Positions 14,384 through 28,239 of a stretch of DNA of 64,000 nucleotides are shown here, piece after piece (within the stretch, counting starts at the first letter, position 1; each line of letters opens with the position of its first letter). Location of the stretch: NCBI RefSeq assembly GCF_009914755.1, contig NC_060935.1; one strand, 5' to 3'. The notes under the pieces are model-generated. The model made no database searches, was not told the DNA's origin, and saw only the letters and a list, made by a program, of their open reading frames with translations. The translations under genes were made by a program, and so were the position numbers. The DNA comes from the human T2T-CHM13v2.0 reference genome, Homo sapiens.

Positions 14384-16514
14384 CATAGTTATATTTAATA
14401 ATGTTTTTGCATAGAGTGGCTAGCACCACAGGTGAATATTTCCCGTGCTTGATTTTATTAATTGCACGCACTCCAGTAGAACATATTTCCAGTGGGGCAT
14501 CTCCACAACTGGATGGACATAGGAAACCTGGTTCACAACATTCAGGCTAACTCAGTGAAAAGAACTACACAATAATTTGTCACATTTCTTCCACAATGAT
14601 GATGGTGTGAGATATCTTCCCGAAAACTTCTGAGAAGGGGGCCAGCTCTGAAATATCTAAAGCTTTGTTTTGGAATTTTCTGTTTGTCTGTTTTTAGTTT
14701 TCCATAAAAAGCAAAGCTGTGGGCTCTTAAAAATTTTCAAGGTGGGGGTGCGGCTGTATTCTCTAGCACTGGTTTGCAGTGGTTAATAAGTAACTATGTG
14801 GCTTCAAGTAATCTATGCACACAGTAGATGGAAGAAAATAATCCCTTTCCCATAAAAAACAGGTTATTTAAATTCAAATGAATCAGTATGGAGTACTTGA
14901 CACCACAGGGTTTGACCACCTCCGTGGCTGTAAATGAAAAGAAGGACTTTTCGAAGAATTTGAATCAGGTACAAAATAAAAGATGCCAGTTGTTTATAGA
15001 AGCTGGCAATTAAGAAAATGTATGAGGGTAAACAGAAGAAAGTAACTTCTTGACAACTTCCTTGGACTTTAATTCTTTGGCATTTACTTTATCTTTGTCA
15101 GAGCCAGGCAGGGGGCCAGCATAACTTCTGCAGACTTCTCATCACCCAGAAGACAGGCGCAGTATGAATTACTTGGATGTTTCAGTCTGACAGAAATAAC
15201 CAGAATCCAAAGCTTCATAATGTAAAAAGAAAAAAAAAACTCTATTCTAGAAACCAATGGCCTGGAAGGTCAACTTTGGTTCAAAAAATAACAACCTCAG
15301 AGCACAAGATTTTACACTTAAAAAAAAAAAAGGAAAAAAAGCAAATATTAATATAAAGGTTATAGTCAGTTCCTGCTGAATTATACTGTGGGTTTCACTT
15401 CATTAGAATCATCAAACCTTTACTGCATGCACATATGATAAGCGCTGTGCTGGACCCTGAAATGAAAAATGTTATCCAGCGGATGTCTAATGATGGGACA
15501 TCCTCTCTTCACACATTAGTAGTACAAGTTATAACCCAGGCATATTCTCTGTCATCAAAGGGCTTAAAGTGTATGTCTTTATATGTGACTTGTGTGTGTA
15601 GGTATTGAGAGAGTAAGACAGGTAAATATGAAACAAACATAATACAAATTTATAAATGCTAGAAGCATTTATAACATATATAATACATAATATATTATCT
15701 AAATCTATTGGGGATAACATATATAATAAATATTTCAGGTACTAATGGCATAATAAGAGCTATGAAAGCACAAAGAATGAATTAAGAAAAACTTCATATA
15801 GGAGGTACATTTTAACTGCACTTAGAAAGGTACGTACAATTATGCCAGTTGAAGAAACAGTGGGAGAGAAGGTTTTGCTCAGACATCTTTGTGTACATAT
15901 ATATAAATAAAGGATGATAATGATGCCTTCTCTAGACCTATCGTTACAATCATCACCAAATTAATATTTCTTATAAAACAACTGATAATTAATATTGGGC
16001 CATAATGTATTCAATGAAATATAAACAACAAAGGCAAGCATGCATCAAATCCTAGGCACATCAGACTACGATTATCTAGGTATTTCAATAGATCAGTGCG
16101 GTAGAAATGTTTTCAAAATTAAGTTTGATGATCAAAATTTTGTCCTGTGTAAATTTTCCAAGATTAATTCCATTAGCCTATTCACTCATTTCTGCGTTTA
16201 TTTAAAACATCTTTATTAAACACCTATAGATAGTCAGGTAGCCATTAGATCATAAATTCCTTGAGGATGCATTATGTACTCATTAAATGTTCGTAGATGA
16301 CTTGCAGATGAGAGCTCACATCTAGTCTGTGACACAGTTGGTTCAGTAACCTCTGTCATAGAGATGTGAACAGTATTTGGGGGCTAAAGCGGATCCTACT
16401 AGGCTTTCTAGCATTTATTACCCAAATTGGTGTGAATGTACAGTGAAATGATTTCCATATGCAGAAAATACTACATGCACCTCTTTAGTTGTATGAGTAT
16501 TCATTAATATTAAT

Positions 16515-16750
16515 TACATCTACCATTTACTGGGCACTTACCATGTGATAGTTATGGTGCTTAGTACTTAGCATACTTCAATTCATTCTCACAATAATGC
16601 CATAAAGTAGGAATTATTAGCCCCTTTTACAGATGAAGAAAATGAGGCCTAGAAACCTTAGGTAACTTACCCAAGGTAACATAGCTAGTAAAAACAGGAA
16701 CTAGATTATGAACAAGATCTTACTGCCTACAAAACCTATGCTCTTATACC
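16515..16750 (-). mobile_element. MIR SINE
   Basis: CATTTACTGGGCACTTACCATGTG...TTTACAGATGAAGAAAATGAGGC...CCCAAGGTAACATAGCTAGTAA. Confidence 0.8.
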
Positions 16751-17113
16751 CAAGTCATCTTATTTGGCACTTTTGATTATAAGCACTTGAGAATAGAGGT
16801 CATTTAGAATGCTAATGCGTATTAATACTAAAAAGGAACTTGGAGATGCATAGAAGAAGAAACCCCCTTCATAGAAGAAGAAACAGGCTGGTTCTGATAC
16901 CTTGATTACCAAAGGCTGATTTTACCACTAGTGCAAAGGGCACCTGCATTCTAGGGTGTTTGTATCATAGTTAAATGGATTCAGAATGAATGCTAGTGCT
17001 TCCCAGTCTAATACAGAGATGCAAGTAGATAAAATTTGTGCGAGAAATTGAAATCTAAGGGGAAGACTGTAGCTTCTTGACTTTCATTTTATTTCATTTT
17101 TCTCTATTGTATC

Positions 17114-17563
17114 CGTTATAGTTTGGATGTTTGTCTCCTCCGCATCTCATGTTGAAATTTGATACCCAATGTTGGAGGTGGGGGCTGGTGGGAAGTGTTT
17201 GGAGCATTAGGTTGGATCGCTCATGCACTGCTGGGTGCCTTCCTTTTGGTAATTAGTGAGTTCTCATTCTTAGTTCTTGCTAGAACTGGTTATTGAAAAG
17301 AGCTTGGCATACCTCCCTCAACCCCCGCCCTGTCTCGCTCACTCTGGCTTTCTCTCTCTCTCCTTCTCTCTCTCTCTATATATACATGTGTGTGTATATA
17401 TATATATATCTCACACACACAGACACACAATGTCAAGCCCTCACCAGAAGCAGATGCTCCTGTCATGCTTCTTGTACAGCCTGCAGAACCATGAGCCAAA
17501 TAAAAATTTTTTTCTTTATAAATCATTCAGCCTCAAGTATTCCCTTATAACAACACAAAGACA
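17114..17563 (+). mobile_element. MST-family MaLR solo LTR (MSTB-like) containing a (TC)n(TA)n(CA)n microsatellite
   Basis: TATAGTTTGGATGTTTGTC...CATGTTGAAATTTGAT...CTTGTACAGCCTGCAGAACCATGAGCCAAATAAA...CAGCCTCAAGTATT. Confidence 0.88.
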
Positions 17564-19466
17564 GTGCCACAGTGCCTCATTTCTGAGTAATTATGATTTA
17601 TTATTTTTTTTCTAAAGCAACAAAATGAATAAAATGTGAATTTTTACAAATGACATATAGGGTTTTCCTCGATTTCTCCTCCAATGATTCAGGTATAAAG
17701 CTTCCAAGTACTTAAGCTATATAAGCTTTGAATTGGGGCCATTTTTCTTTGCAGGTTTGTTCTTTGTTTTCTTCCTGGATCTTGAGTACTGCCATGCACT
17801 CAGAAGTTCCACAAACCTTAGAGCTCTTGAATATGACCATTAAGGATTCTCTGATGAAAGGAACATACGACTAATTCCCTAGTAACAGTTTCTTTATAGA
17901 GTGTCACCATGTACAAATATCCCATTTTCAAAAAGGTGGTAATAGACCATTAAAATGAACTATGATACTCAGCAGAAAATATTTGTTTTTATATAATGGG
18001 ACCAACTCAGCATCCTACAGAATAAAGCCCCATGAGGTAGATATTATTAGTGAAGGAGAAAGGCTGTGTAATGAATAGGATGGAGAGAAACTCATGAATT
18101 AAACAAAGAAACCCAAAGGTTTGATTTCAGTGTGTTGATGAATTAGGTGTTAATGCATAAAGCTACTCATAGTGGCTATGATTTGTGTGTTTTGTAACAT
18201 GTTTTTAAACAGGAAAATCAAGGTACTGCATTTTCAAAGGGGAAGTTATGCAAAAATGTATTTTCTGTAACTCTTTATTTGATAGGTTTGCTGTCTACTG
18301 GAACTGGCCTGCAGCAAAATAGTGAGGTGGTCAGATCTTGTCTTTGGCCCATTTTGTGCTTTGATTCCTCTGAGACTGCCTGTGGCATGGCCCTGAAGGC
18401 ATGCTTTATGCCTGCAATCCTGGTTCTAAGGAAGGATTCCAGGGAAAATCACAGAGCCACACTAATTCTACCCTTCCATCAACACATCTCCAAACTCAGA
18501 CCTGCTCTTAAAGCTGCTCAGAAATCCTAGAGATGACTCTAGGAAGTTCCCTTGTCTCATGTTCCTTCAGAAACTATTCCAAATTCCACCACCTTCTTTG
18601 AGTCCATAATATAATCTCTCTCTTTCAGAGAGTAAATACAAGGTACCAAGAAAGAACCCTTTCAGCTTCCAGTTGATGTGTACTCTAGTAGCCTCTATTC
18701 CAAAACTAATGTACCCCATGAGCTGAAAATTACATCTATTCATTCCATCTCCTCAGAAATATACCTCTTTCCTCTATTTTAACTTTTTCCTCTGAAGCTG
18801 CTCCAAAAGTCTGCCTACATTTGTTTAATCCATTCTTTACCTTTCATTCTTTCTTTCTCCCACTACAATTGAACTCTCCTCCCTCATTACTCCACTGAAA
18901 CCACCCATGTGGAAGTCACCAATGACTTCCTAATTACCAAATGAAAAGAACCTTCTCTCTCTTTCGTTGTAGGTATTAGAGATGTGGGAGTTTTGGCCTG
19001 AGACTAGACATTTTCATTACTGACTTGAGACTATTATGGAGAAATTGGACATCTTAATTACTGAATTGAGATCATTATTTACAGTTAAAAGGCTCAAAAA
19101 ACTTGAGCCAACTGGAGTAGTCATACAAAGCCAAGAATAGTGAGAAGGTAGGAGAATCTTGTTTATTTTGTTTACACTGATGAAGTGACAGACACAGAGG
19201 GATTAAGAAATTTCCCAATATCCTATATCAGGTAAGTAGCAGATCTTGACTTTGAAGTCAGAGAGCTATGCTCCTTCTTGCTTAACCTCTCATTAAATTG
19301 CTATTCATAGTCTCTTATGATGTTACTTTTTCAATAATATGCTTCAGAGGCTCTCCCAATAAGTATATACTGATCACAGTATTTAAGAGATGAACTATAT
19401 TTTATTGTGTTAATATGCTGTAATGGATTTTACCATAACAGAAAAGTTATAATAAACTTTCCTGTA

Positions 19467-19518
<52 letters not shown>
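19467..19518. repeat. (TG)n(TA)n microsatellite
   Basis: Directly visible. Confidence 0.95.
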
Positions 19519-19523
<5 letters not shown>

Positions 19524-20689
19524 TTTGTGCATTTGTTGAAGTACCGTTTGCATGGTAAAATTTCTGGAAATGGAATTGCTAAGTCTCAAGGATCTGTGCT
19601 TTTTAAAAAGTGATGGATACTTTCAAAATGCCCTCCAGAGATGCTGTACCTTTTTTTTTCTGAAAGCAAACATTATCTTACTTGACCTTTCTGAGCTATT
19701 TGACTTTGTTGACTCCTTCATTCATCAATCTATTCATTTTCATGATACCGTTACCTTCCAGTTGATATCTAACTCTGCCTGATCTTTCTCCATCTTCTTT
19801 AGAGCATCCTCTCCCTTCATCTCCCCTTTAAACACTGGGTTTTCTCAGGCTCACTCCTTTTCTTTTCATCTATAAGTTCTTCCCAAGTGATTTCATCATA
19901 CTTATTGTTCCAACTATAAGAGTTAAACTGCACTCCATATCGTCTTAGAAAATCTTAGCCTTTTCCTGTTGTTATGTAGTATTTTTGTACTTTTGGACCA
20001 ATTAATTATGTTAATGGGGGAGAACTCAGTGATACTCTTCATACTAAGATGTTCAGATCCAGATCCAGAAAACTTTTCAGAGTTCACAGGAAGATGCTAT
20101 GTGTCTTGAGACAAATAAAAATAGAAGCTTTCAAAGCCATAAAGAGAGCAAAGGTCACTCCTCTTCTGTCTCCGGGTGAATTTCACACTGCTTGAGATGG
20201 TCACAGGTTGTTGGAATCCAAAATCAGGTGAAGCCATTGGTATTGGAAAACAGACTATGGCTTTTGAATTATTATGTTGATATGATGGCATTTGTAACTA
20301 ATGAGGCATTGGGAAATGTGTTAATGGGAAAAGGGATTTTTGTGACTTGTATAATCTATGGGAAAATGTAACCTTGGAGACTGGACTAGAGACATCTATA
20401 ACTTTGCTTCCATAACACCAGTAGGCACCATGAAAGGTGAAAACTCTGTGATCCAGTTCAGCATCAAACTTTTTCATATATTCTAAGACCCCAAAGAGTC
20501 ATGAGTACCAATATACAGATTTTAATGCCAGTAATAATGAAGTGGTCAGAATTATTGGAAGGCGGAGGAGGTACATTGGGAGATGAAGAATATCACTGTA
20601 AATATATGAGGAAAGACTAGATAATATAGCAGGAGAGTTTTAGAGGGAAGAGAGGAAAAAAATAGGCTTGTCTGGAAGAATGATAGCCA

Positions 20690-20850
20690 GATGATTATGA
20701 AAGAAGCTATAAAACCTAAGCAAGAAGCATGAAATATTTGAATACATGAAGAATGTTCTGTGTTCCTGGAAGAGTAAATATTGTAAACGTGTCACTTCTT
20801 TCCAAAGTTTGTCATAACTTTGATGCAAAACTAAGTTAGACATTTGTGTG
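20690..20850 (+). mobile_element. Decayed L1M ORF2 fragment
   Basis: Resembles the L1 ORF2 segment W..IPCSW.GR.NIVK.S.LPK (TGTTCCTGGAAGAGTAAATATTGTAAACGTGTCACTTCTTTCCAAA). Confidence 0.55.
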
Positions 20851-21284
20851 TGTGCCTGTTTGTGTGTGTGTGTTTCTTTTTCTCGAGTTTTGTAATAGTC
20901 TAATGAGAAATAATAGTAGAGGAATGGAAGATATACAAGAGTTATTTAAGAGATAGATTTATATCAATGATTGGTTATTGATTAGGTGTATGGGCTATGG
21001 GAGGAAATTTAGGGTAACGCACACCCTTCTGTCTTGAGAGATTGGTTGGATCATTGTGGCATTCACTGTCACAGACCAAACAGGAGCAGGATCATGTTTA
21101 AAGAAGAAGGCAATGAAATCAGCTTTTGACATTTGAAATCAAACTGTTTATGGAATGTGTAAGGAAAGATTTTTTTCAATAGCTTTGGGATAAGATCTAA
21201 AGTCAAGAAGATAGGTCTGGGCTAAGTTTATTGATTTGGACATTAGCATATAAAAATAGACATGCCAAGAAAAATAAAATTAAT

Positions 21285-21500
21285 TATCATGTTTAATACT
21301 TACTGAATACCAGGGACCAGGCTCAACTGCTATAGGTATTATTTCATTTAAACCTTTTAACTATTATTGTTAGACCCATCTTACAGATGAGAAAATTAAA
21401 CCTTAAGTTATTAAGTGACTTACCCAATGCACAGAGTTAGCAAGAGGAAGAACCTGGATATAAATCTAGGCACTCCAAATCTAAAGTCAGTGTGTTTCAC
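21285..21500 (-). mobile_element. MIR SINE
   Basis: CCCATCTTACAGATGAGAAAA..GTTATTAAGTGACTTACCCAA. Confidence 0.75.
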
Positions 21501-21549
21501 AAGATAGTGCAGGACAATGGTGAGGTACAATAGAATCCAATATTGGAGG

Positions 21550-21846
21550 TTTTTTTTTTTTTTTTTTAGATGGAGTCTGGCTCTGTTGCCCAGGCTAGAG
21601 TGCAGTGGCGTGATCTCAACTCACTGCAACCTCTACCTCCCGGGTCCAAGTGATTCCTGCCTCAGCCTCCTGAGTAGCTGGGATTACAGGCATGCGTCAT
21701 CACGCCCGGATAATTTTTGTATTTTTAGTAGAGACAGGATTTCACCATGTTGGCCAGACTGGTCTCCCACTCCTGACCTCAAGTGATCTTCCTGCCTGGG
21801 CCTCCCAAAGGGCTGGAATTACAAGCGTGAGCCACTGCACCTTGCC
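21550..21846 (-). mobile_element. Alu SINE (AluSx/Sz-like)
   Basis: Poly-T plus full antisense Alu; CAATATT flanks both sides. Confidence 0.95.
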
Positions 21847-24800
21847 CAATATTAGATTTTTAATAATTAAAGTAGATGTGATTCCAGACTTGACAGATGT
21901 AGAAAGAAATTCAGAGCAGTTTCAATTCTAACTGAAGGCTCTTTCAAAAAGATCTAACTTACATTAAACTGAAATGATTTTCCTGGTAACTTCCACCCAA
22001 TGCCTACCTTGAAATCCCTGCAATCAACAGAGCAAGACCAAAGTCTCCTTACATAGTCAGTTATTTGAAACCAGTAAGTAATGAGTTTCCATATTCCTGC
22101 CTCCAGTAATGACTCCCCTGTTACCTCAGCATCGTCTATCCTTTATTTAAACATCCTCACTTCTTCAGATAGTCTCTTACATGGTCACCTTGAACTGCCC
22201 TCACATGTGCCAGCTCCTGTTTGAGTATTTATCTTGCACTATCATGACAGAAGCAGACACATTATGCATCAAGAGTGATGATCCTGCTCCCTAAGTGATA
22301 ATTCCACCAGTATATGTTCAAGTCCTCCTAACTTATGGGATATTACAGCAAATATTTCCACCTGGGTCTCAGGAAAATGTCTCCTGCTCCTCTCAGTGTC
22401 AGGCATTCTCTTGGCTCTTTCATGCAATAACAGGATGGGGCATAGTGAGGAAGAGGACAGAGGAATTAGTAGCTTATTGTCTCTTCTAGCCTTTCTTGGG
22501 AGAGGCATTTGGCATCTCCATCACTCCAGAATTCTAAGGCATTCCTGCAGAAAAGATCTTTAGCCTTAGGTACCTCATGCAAATTCAGTGTTGGTTATAA
22601 CTCAGCTTTTCTGTTTGTAGATGACCAAGTGTATAAGACTGAATGCTTTCTTAATAGAATATGAAGTGGTGTCTTATAACATTAATATTACATTATATAG
22701 TACTCACAAGCCACACCATGAACCTGAGGACCCTCTTTTCTGAAGATCCAAAAGCTTTCTTCTCCATTGCCACCACAAGCAATTCACCCATGGAACTTCT
22801 TTGTAACCCCCATATCCTCCTTGAAGTGAAGATTTTTGTGACACTCACCTCATCCCATCTCTCACTGAATCTTGAAGATTATCAGATTTGTCTAATTTCT
22901 TCTCACTTATTATAAACTCTGTGAGGGCAGGGGCTATGGATAACTTACCTTTAAATGCCCTACATCATCTAAAGCATTCATAAATGTTTTCTTAAAGAAT
23001 TGCAGTCTACCATTGATCACTTTCCTGGGGGGAGGGACTATTTTTCACCTGCTAACTATGCCAGTCTTTGATCCCTACTTTCTTATCTGTAATTGGGAAT
23101 AAAATAGTAGCTTCTTCACAGGATCATTAGTAGGATATAATCAAATAATGAATGGTACATAATAAATCTTGCCTATAGTCACCATTTAGTAAGTCCTGTC
23201 ATTTATACCATTTTTCCAACTGTATTAAAGGACGTGCTGTTCTGAATTGTAATATTTATTCACTTCTCTCTCTAGCTGGCTGGTATGTTCAATATCGGGG
23301 CCTGGATCTTACTTACTTTTGAACATGGCACAAATGTTTGTTGGATGCAAAGCTACCTCACACCAAGCCTTTGCTTCATCACATTCATTCCCTTACTTTA
23401 GTAGTGTGTGCTGGCATGAAGTTCAGAGGCAAGAGTTTGCTGACACTCCTCTGCTGGGACCCCGATGTAGCTCTGGTTTCAGCAGACTTCTTACCACTCT
23501 CTTCCTCTCCATCTTTTGTCCTCAGCAGACCACCTGTCTCATTAAAGACCAGAGCTTTGGGAAACTCACTTTTTTCTATCCTGATTTATTTAAACAGAAG
23601 CCTCCTTGAGACAAAAACGTATCTAAATGTTTTATAGCATTTCTGAATTTCTGTTTCTCTTAATTGAAGTTCCATGTGTAATGTGTAGATAAACATTTTT
23701 TCCCTAGAAAAATGAAAATGCTGACCAGCTGTGAATCTTTGATATATGAAAGGCTCTGATCTGCCCTGTGTATTGTACCCATCATCAATAGGTTTGCAGG
23801 GCAATTTAACCATTCTATTTCCTCCCGTCCCATTCCAATCTCCTTTCATTTCATATTTCACAAAAACTGGAAACATAAGCAGAACATTGACCTATAATCC
23901 AGCTACTCAATTTCTACAGAGCGGCAAAAGCCTCAAGAGAATGCAAACATACTTTGACTCCATATGCTTTAATGTTGAGCAGCCTGCTTGGGGTTGTCCA
24001 ATGGCACAAATAATCCTTAATCTCCTTCGAGCCAAGAGTTAAATGTTTCTCTTATCCTGAGTGATTTACTAGAGAACAGAGCAGAAAATAAACGTAATGG
24101 GCTACACCATCTATTTCTTAAGCAAAAAAAATACTAAGTCACAGAGAAAAGAAATATTCAGAAGAAAGGGCCCAGATCTGGAGAGATGGAGCTCACCAGA
24201 AGAAAGAACATCAGGAATGAAAGCCAGAAGATCTGGGTGTGACTCTTGGCTTTGTCTTGTCATTCTGTGACCATGAGCAATTCAAAATCTCTCTAAACCT
24301 CTTTATCCTCATCTGTAAAATGATGACCAAACTGTACTTTGTTTTTTTTTGTTTGTTTTTTTTTTTTTTCATGGAGTGGTTGTGAGAATTAAACATATGT
24401 GCAAGTGCTTGTAAATAGCAGGAAACTATGCAAATGTTACTCTTAATTTCTATCAGGGGGCCTTTTCATCCACCCATGCAAATGTTTCATTAGCCTGTGC
24501 TCAAGTATTCTGAATGGCATTCTGCCAGTTCATTTCCATTCACTAAAACAATCAACATTCCAGTAGAATATTGATCTGGGCCTCAGAGTAGAAAGCAAGA
24601 CTAATTTATTCATGACTTAGTAACAGAGACAAAGAAAAGATGTGTTACCTTAGGTCAATTTTCATTATGTACAAGAAAGACAAAGGAACCGTACAGACAC
24701 CATTAACAACAAACCTCACAGCACAAAACCTCTGCATGGAAAGAAACCCAGTCCTGCTAGAGAGAGGACTGTTGTTTCACATGGCATGCATCGACAGGTT

Positions 24801-25269
24801 GGAATCATGATGCATTCAGTTCCAATTTATCATCAGTAGCAAATAAACTCTTCCATGTGTATAACCAGTCCAATCTTTCTGAAGTATTCAGAAATATATC
24901 CAACATCTGTTCACTTCTCTGAAAAGACATCCATTCGATTCACTTGAGCCATGGAAACAAAAATCACCATATAAAACATAGGTCTGCTTGCTAAAAAGGC
25001 TACTCAGTATATTAAAAATGTGAATCAGCAAAACAATATAATACACTGAAATTTTAGAAAAACTTTATCATACGAAGAGTATAGCCAAATGTAGTGGAAG
25101 AGAAATATAAGTTAAATATAGTAGCAGGGAGGAAAGAAAAATACTCTGGGCTAGATGTCATAAATCTAATATTCTGCAACTATGTTTGGGATCATGAAAA
25201 GTCTCTTGACTCTACTCTGTCCCATTTCCTTAATTGTGAAAGAGTATAGTTGAATTTAAACAATCTGGA

Positions 25270-25750
25270 CCATAATGGAAACAGAGAGATCACAGTTCAA
25301 ATCTCCATCCTAGCACTCACTAACGAAGTCACCTTAGGAAAAAATCTCTAAATAATTAGAACCCTGGTATCTTCATCTGTTAAAGGGACATAAGATTATC
25401 TCTCTCAAAAAATTGTAATAGGGAGTGGAAAAAAATGCATTTAAAATACCTGGAGCACAGTAGGTATTTGAACTATTTTAATTCTCTACCCCCCAACAAG
25501 TTTATATTTCTGTTTATTGTGTTAGGATCAGTTCAAACTAATAGTTTTGTTTGTAATAATTGCTATTTATTGAGCACCAACTCTGTGCCAGGTGTTATCT
25601 TTATCCTTAACCTTAACAACGATTCTTTAAGTAGTCATTATTGTCCCCATTTACCATATGACAAAACTGAAGGCCAGAAGGATTAAGAATCTTTCCTAGG
25701 ATCACACAGCTAGTAAAGCCTAAAGCAGATATTAAAACCTGATATGACTG
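25270..25750. mobile_element. Two tail-to-tail MIR SINEs (+ at ~25270-25480, - at ~25555-25750)
   Basis: CTTCATCTGTTAAAGGG...ACAGTAGGTATTTGAA, then TATTTATTGAGCACC..TGTGCCAGG...AAAACTGAAGGCCAGA. Confidence 0.7.
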
Positions 25751-26076
25751 TTTTAATGTGCTAATCCATCTCCCAACAGACCTGTAATAACAATGATAAT
25801 CATAGTAATAATAAAAATAAACCTATTTTAATCTAATGGCCAAAAAGTTCACAACAGTGATCCTTTAGAGCACTGCAGCTTACTGAACTCAACTAAAAAT
25901 GTGTGAGATAATCAAGCAATGGCAAACAGGGGCTTTGATGGAATGACTACAGACAGAAATGCTGTAAGGAGCCATAGAAAAGAGCAAAGAGCCATAGCCA
26001 TGGGACTGGCAAGCCTGCCTCCCTGCCCCTAGAACATTCTTTTTATGAGACCAGCTCTATGGCCTACACATTGGAC

Positions 26077-26389
26077 CAGAAGTCCTCAACCCTTTTGACA
26101 CCAGGAAACAGTTTTGTGGAAGACATATTTTTTTCACGAATGAGAAGGGTGGGGAGACAGATTCAGGATGAAACTGTTCCACCTCAGATCATCAGGCATT
26201 AGATTCTCATAAGAAGTACACAACCTAGATCCCTCACATGCACAGTTCACAATAGGTTTCCTGCTCCTATGAGAATCTAATGCCGTTGTTAATCTGACAG
26301 GAAGTAGAGCTCAGGCAGTAATACTCAGTCACCTGCTGCTCTCCTCCTGCTGTGTGTCTTAATTCTTAACAGGCTACAGGCCAGTACCA
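26077..26389 (+). mobile_element. MER1B (hAT-Charlie DNA transposon derivative), right end truncated
   Basis: TTCAGGATGAAACTGTTCCACCTCAGATCATCAGGCATTAGATTCTCATAAG...CTCCTATGAGAATCTAATGCC. Confidence 0.88.
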
Positions 26390-26930
26390 TTAGGCCACAC
26401 TCAACTGCAGGATCTGCTTCCAATACTGCTCGCAGTCAAAATTTAATATAGTTGTTTATTGTCTAGCATTGCAGCAAAGGCTGCTAATTAACCTCCAATA
26501 AACGGTCATTCCTTTTTCCTTAGAGGACTGCCCCACACCCTCCTCTCGACCTTTTTAGTTGGGCATATAACCATATATAATAAAGATGACATTTCTCTGC
26601 CTTCTTGGAAGCTTTGGTATAGCAATCTGACTTATTTCTGGACAATGTAATTTAAGTAAACATGTGCTGTGTAGGAACAATTCCAAAATGGGGAATACAG
26701 TGGGTGGCTTATTTACTGCTGCTTCTTTCTCCCTTCTTCCTTCCTTCTTACTTTCTATAGGATAAAATGTATACACGATGATTTAATTTTGAAATGCCAT
26801 CTTGGATGGGAGATGAACTATTTATGTTGAGGGTAATTTGAGTGACCAGATAGAAGGATCGTGGGTCCCTGATTATCATGGAACTACCAACCTTGATCAG
26901 AATCCTTCTTTCTAGGTTCATTTAAGTGAG

Positions 26931-27721
26931 TGATATAGATGAAATGTTTGTATCCCTGCCAAATTTCATATGTTGAAATCTAACCCCTAGTGTGATGGCG
27001 TTAGAAGGTGGGGCGTTTGAGCAGTGATTAGGTCATGAGGCTGGAATTCTCGTGAATGGGATTTATGCCCTTATAAAAGAAACTGTAGAGGGCTCCTGAT
27101 ATGGTTTGAATGCTTGTCCCCTCTAAATCTCATGTTGAAATGTGATCCCCAATGCTAAAGGTAGGGTCTGGTGGGAGGTGTTACAGTCATGGAGGCAGAT
27201 TCCTCATGAATGATTTGGTGATCTCCCCATGGTAATGAGTTAGTTCTCACTCTATTAGTTCATACAAGAGTTGGTTGTTTAAAAGAGTCGGCACTTCCTC
27301 ACCTCTCTCTTGCTCTCTCTCTGGCCATGTGACACACCCACTCCTCTTTTGCCTTCCACCACGATTAAAAGCTTTCTAAGCCCTCACCATAGGCCAGCAC
27401 ATGCTGGTGCCATGTTTGTACAGCCTGCTGAACTATAAGCCAAGTAACCCTCTTTTATTTATAAATTATCCAGCCTCAGATATTCCTTTATAGCAATGCA
27501 CACTGGACTAACACAGCTCCCTAACCTCTTCCAGCATGTGAGATTACATCAAGAAGATGGCCATCTATGAATCAGGAACTGAGCCCTCACTAAACATCAA
27601 ATCTGTTGGCGCCTTGATCTTGGAATTCCAAGCTCCCATAACTGTGAGAAATAAATTTCTGTGGTTTATAAGCCACTTAGTCTATAGTATTCTGTTATCA
27701 CAGCCTGAATAAGCTAAGACA
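26931..27721 (+). mobile_element. MLT1A/MLT1A0-like MaLR LTR, itself interrupted at 27097-27515
   Basis: TG...CA termini; AATTTCATATGTTGAAATCTAACCCC; CCTTGATCTTGGA...ACTGTGAGAAATAAATTTCTG; 5-bp TSD GTGAG/ATGAG. Confidence 0.85.
27097..27515 (+). mobile_element. MSTA/MSTB-like MaLR solo LTR
   Basis: TGATATGGTTTG...GGACTAACACA with perfect 5-bp TSD GCTCC (27092-27096, 27516-27520). Confidence 0.9.
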
Positions 27722-28239
27722 ATGAGAAAGGAACTTCTTTCTTTTTACTTCAAGTATTCTGTCACTCACAGACAAATTTAATTCTAACTGACAAAAATAT
27801 CAAGTCCAACTTGTAGGTAGCCTCAATCTAATTGTGTATCTTCTGGGTGGAGCTTTGTATTTTTTTTCAACACTTTTTAAAATTTGAAGTCCTGTCTGTC
27901 CCTGGACCCTCTCTCTAAAGTGTGGGCTCTCTATTCTGCCCCTCAATTCCCACTAGGTCTGCTATAATGCCTTTTCAAGACTCCTTTCAGTTTGCTCTAG
28001 GTCTAGACTGGAATGTCATCCTCTTAATATATCTCTTGACTACCAATAAACTTCTGGATCCAAAATCTCTTGATGTTTTCCAGATATCTAGAGATGCTAG
28101 AAGCTCTACTATCTCTTTGGGGCATGACAGTGCTTTTATGATTATCTGGAGCAAGAAACAAAACTTACATGCAGATATCACAGATCCTAAGAATAAAAAG
28201 GGTGAAATCAAGTAAGTTACTGAATGACTATCCTTCACT

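Larger units (their letters stand above)
26520..27793 (+). mobile_element. Old MLT1 (J/K-like) MaLR LTR, split by nested insertions
   Basis: GCCATCTTGGA...ATAGAAGGATCGTGGGTCCCTGAT..CATGGAACT before 26930; resumes at 27722 with ATGAGAAAG...TTCTGTCACTCACAG...TCTAACTGACA. Confidence 0.6.

Noticed and set aside
16849-16884. 15-bp direct repeat CATAGAAGAAGAAAC, period 21
   Set aside because: Ordinary slippage micro-duplication, only two copies; not an array.
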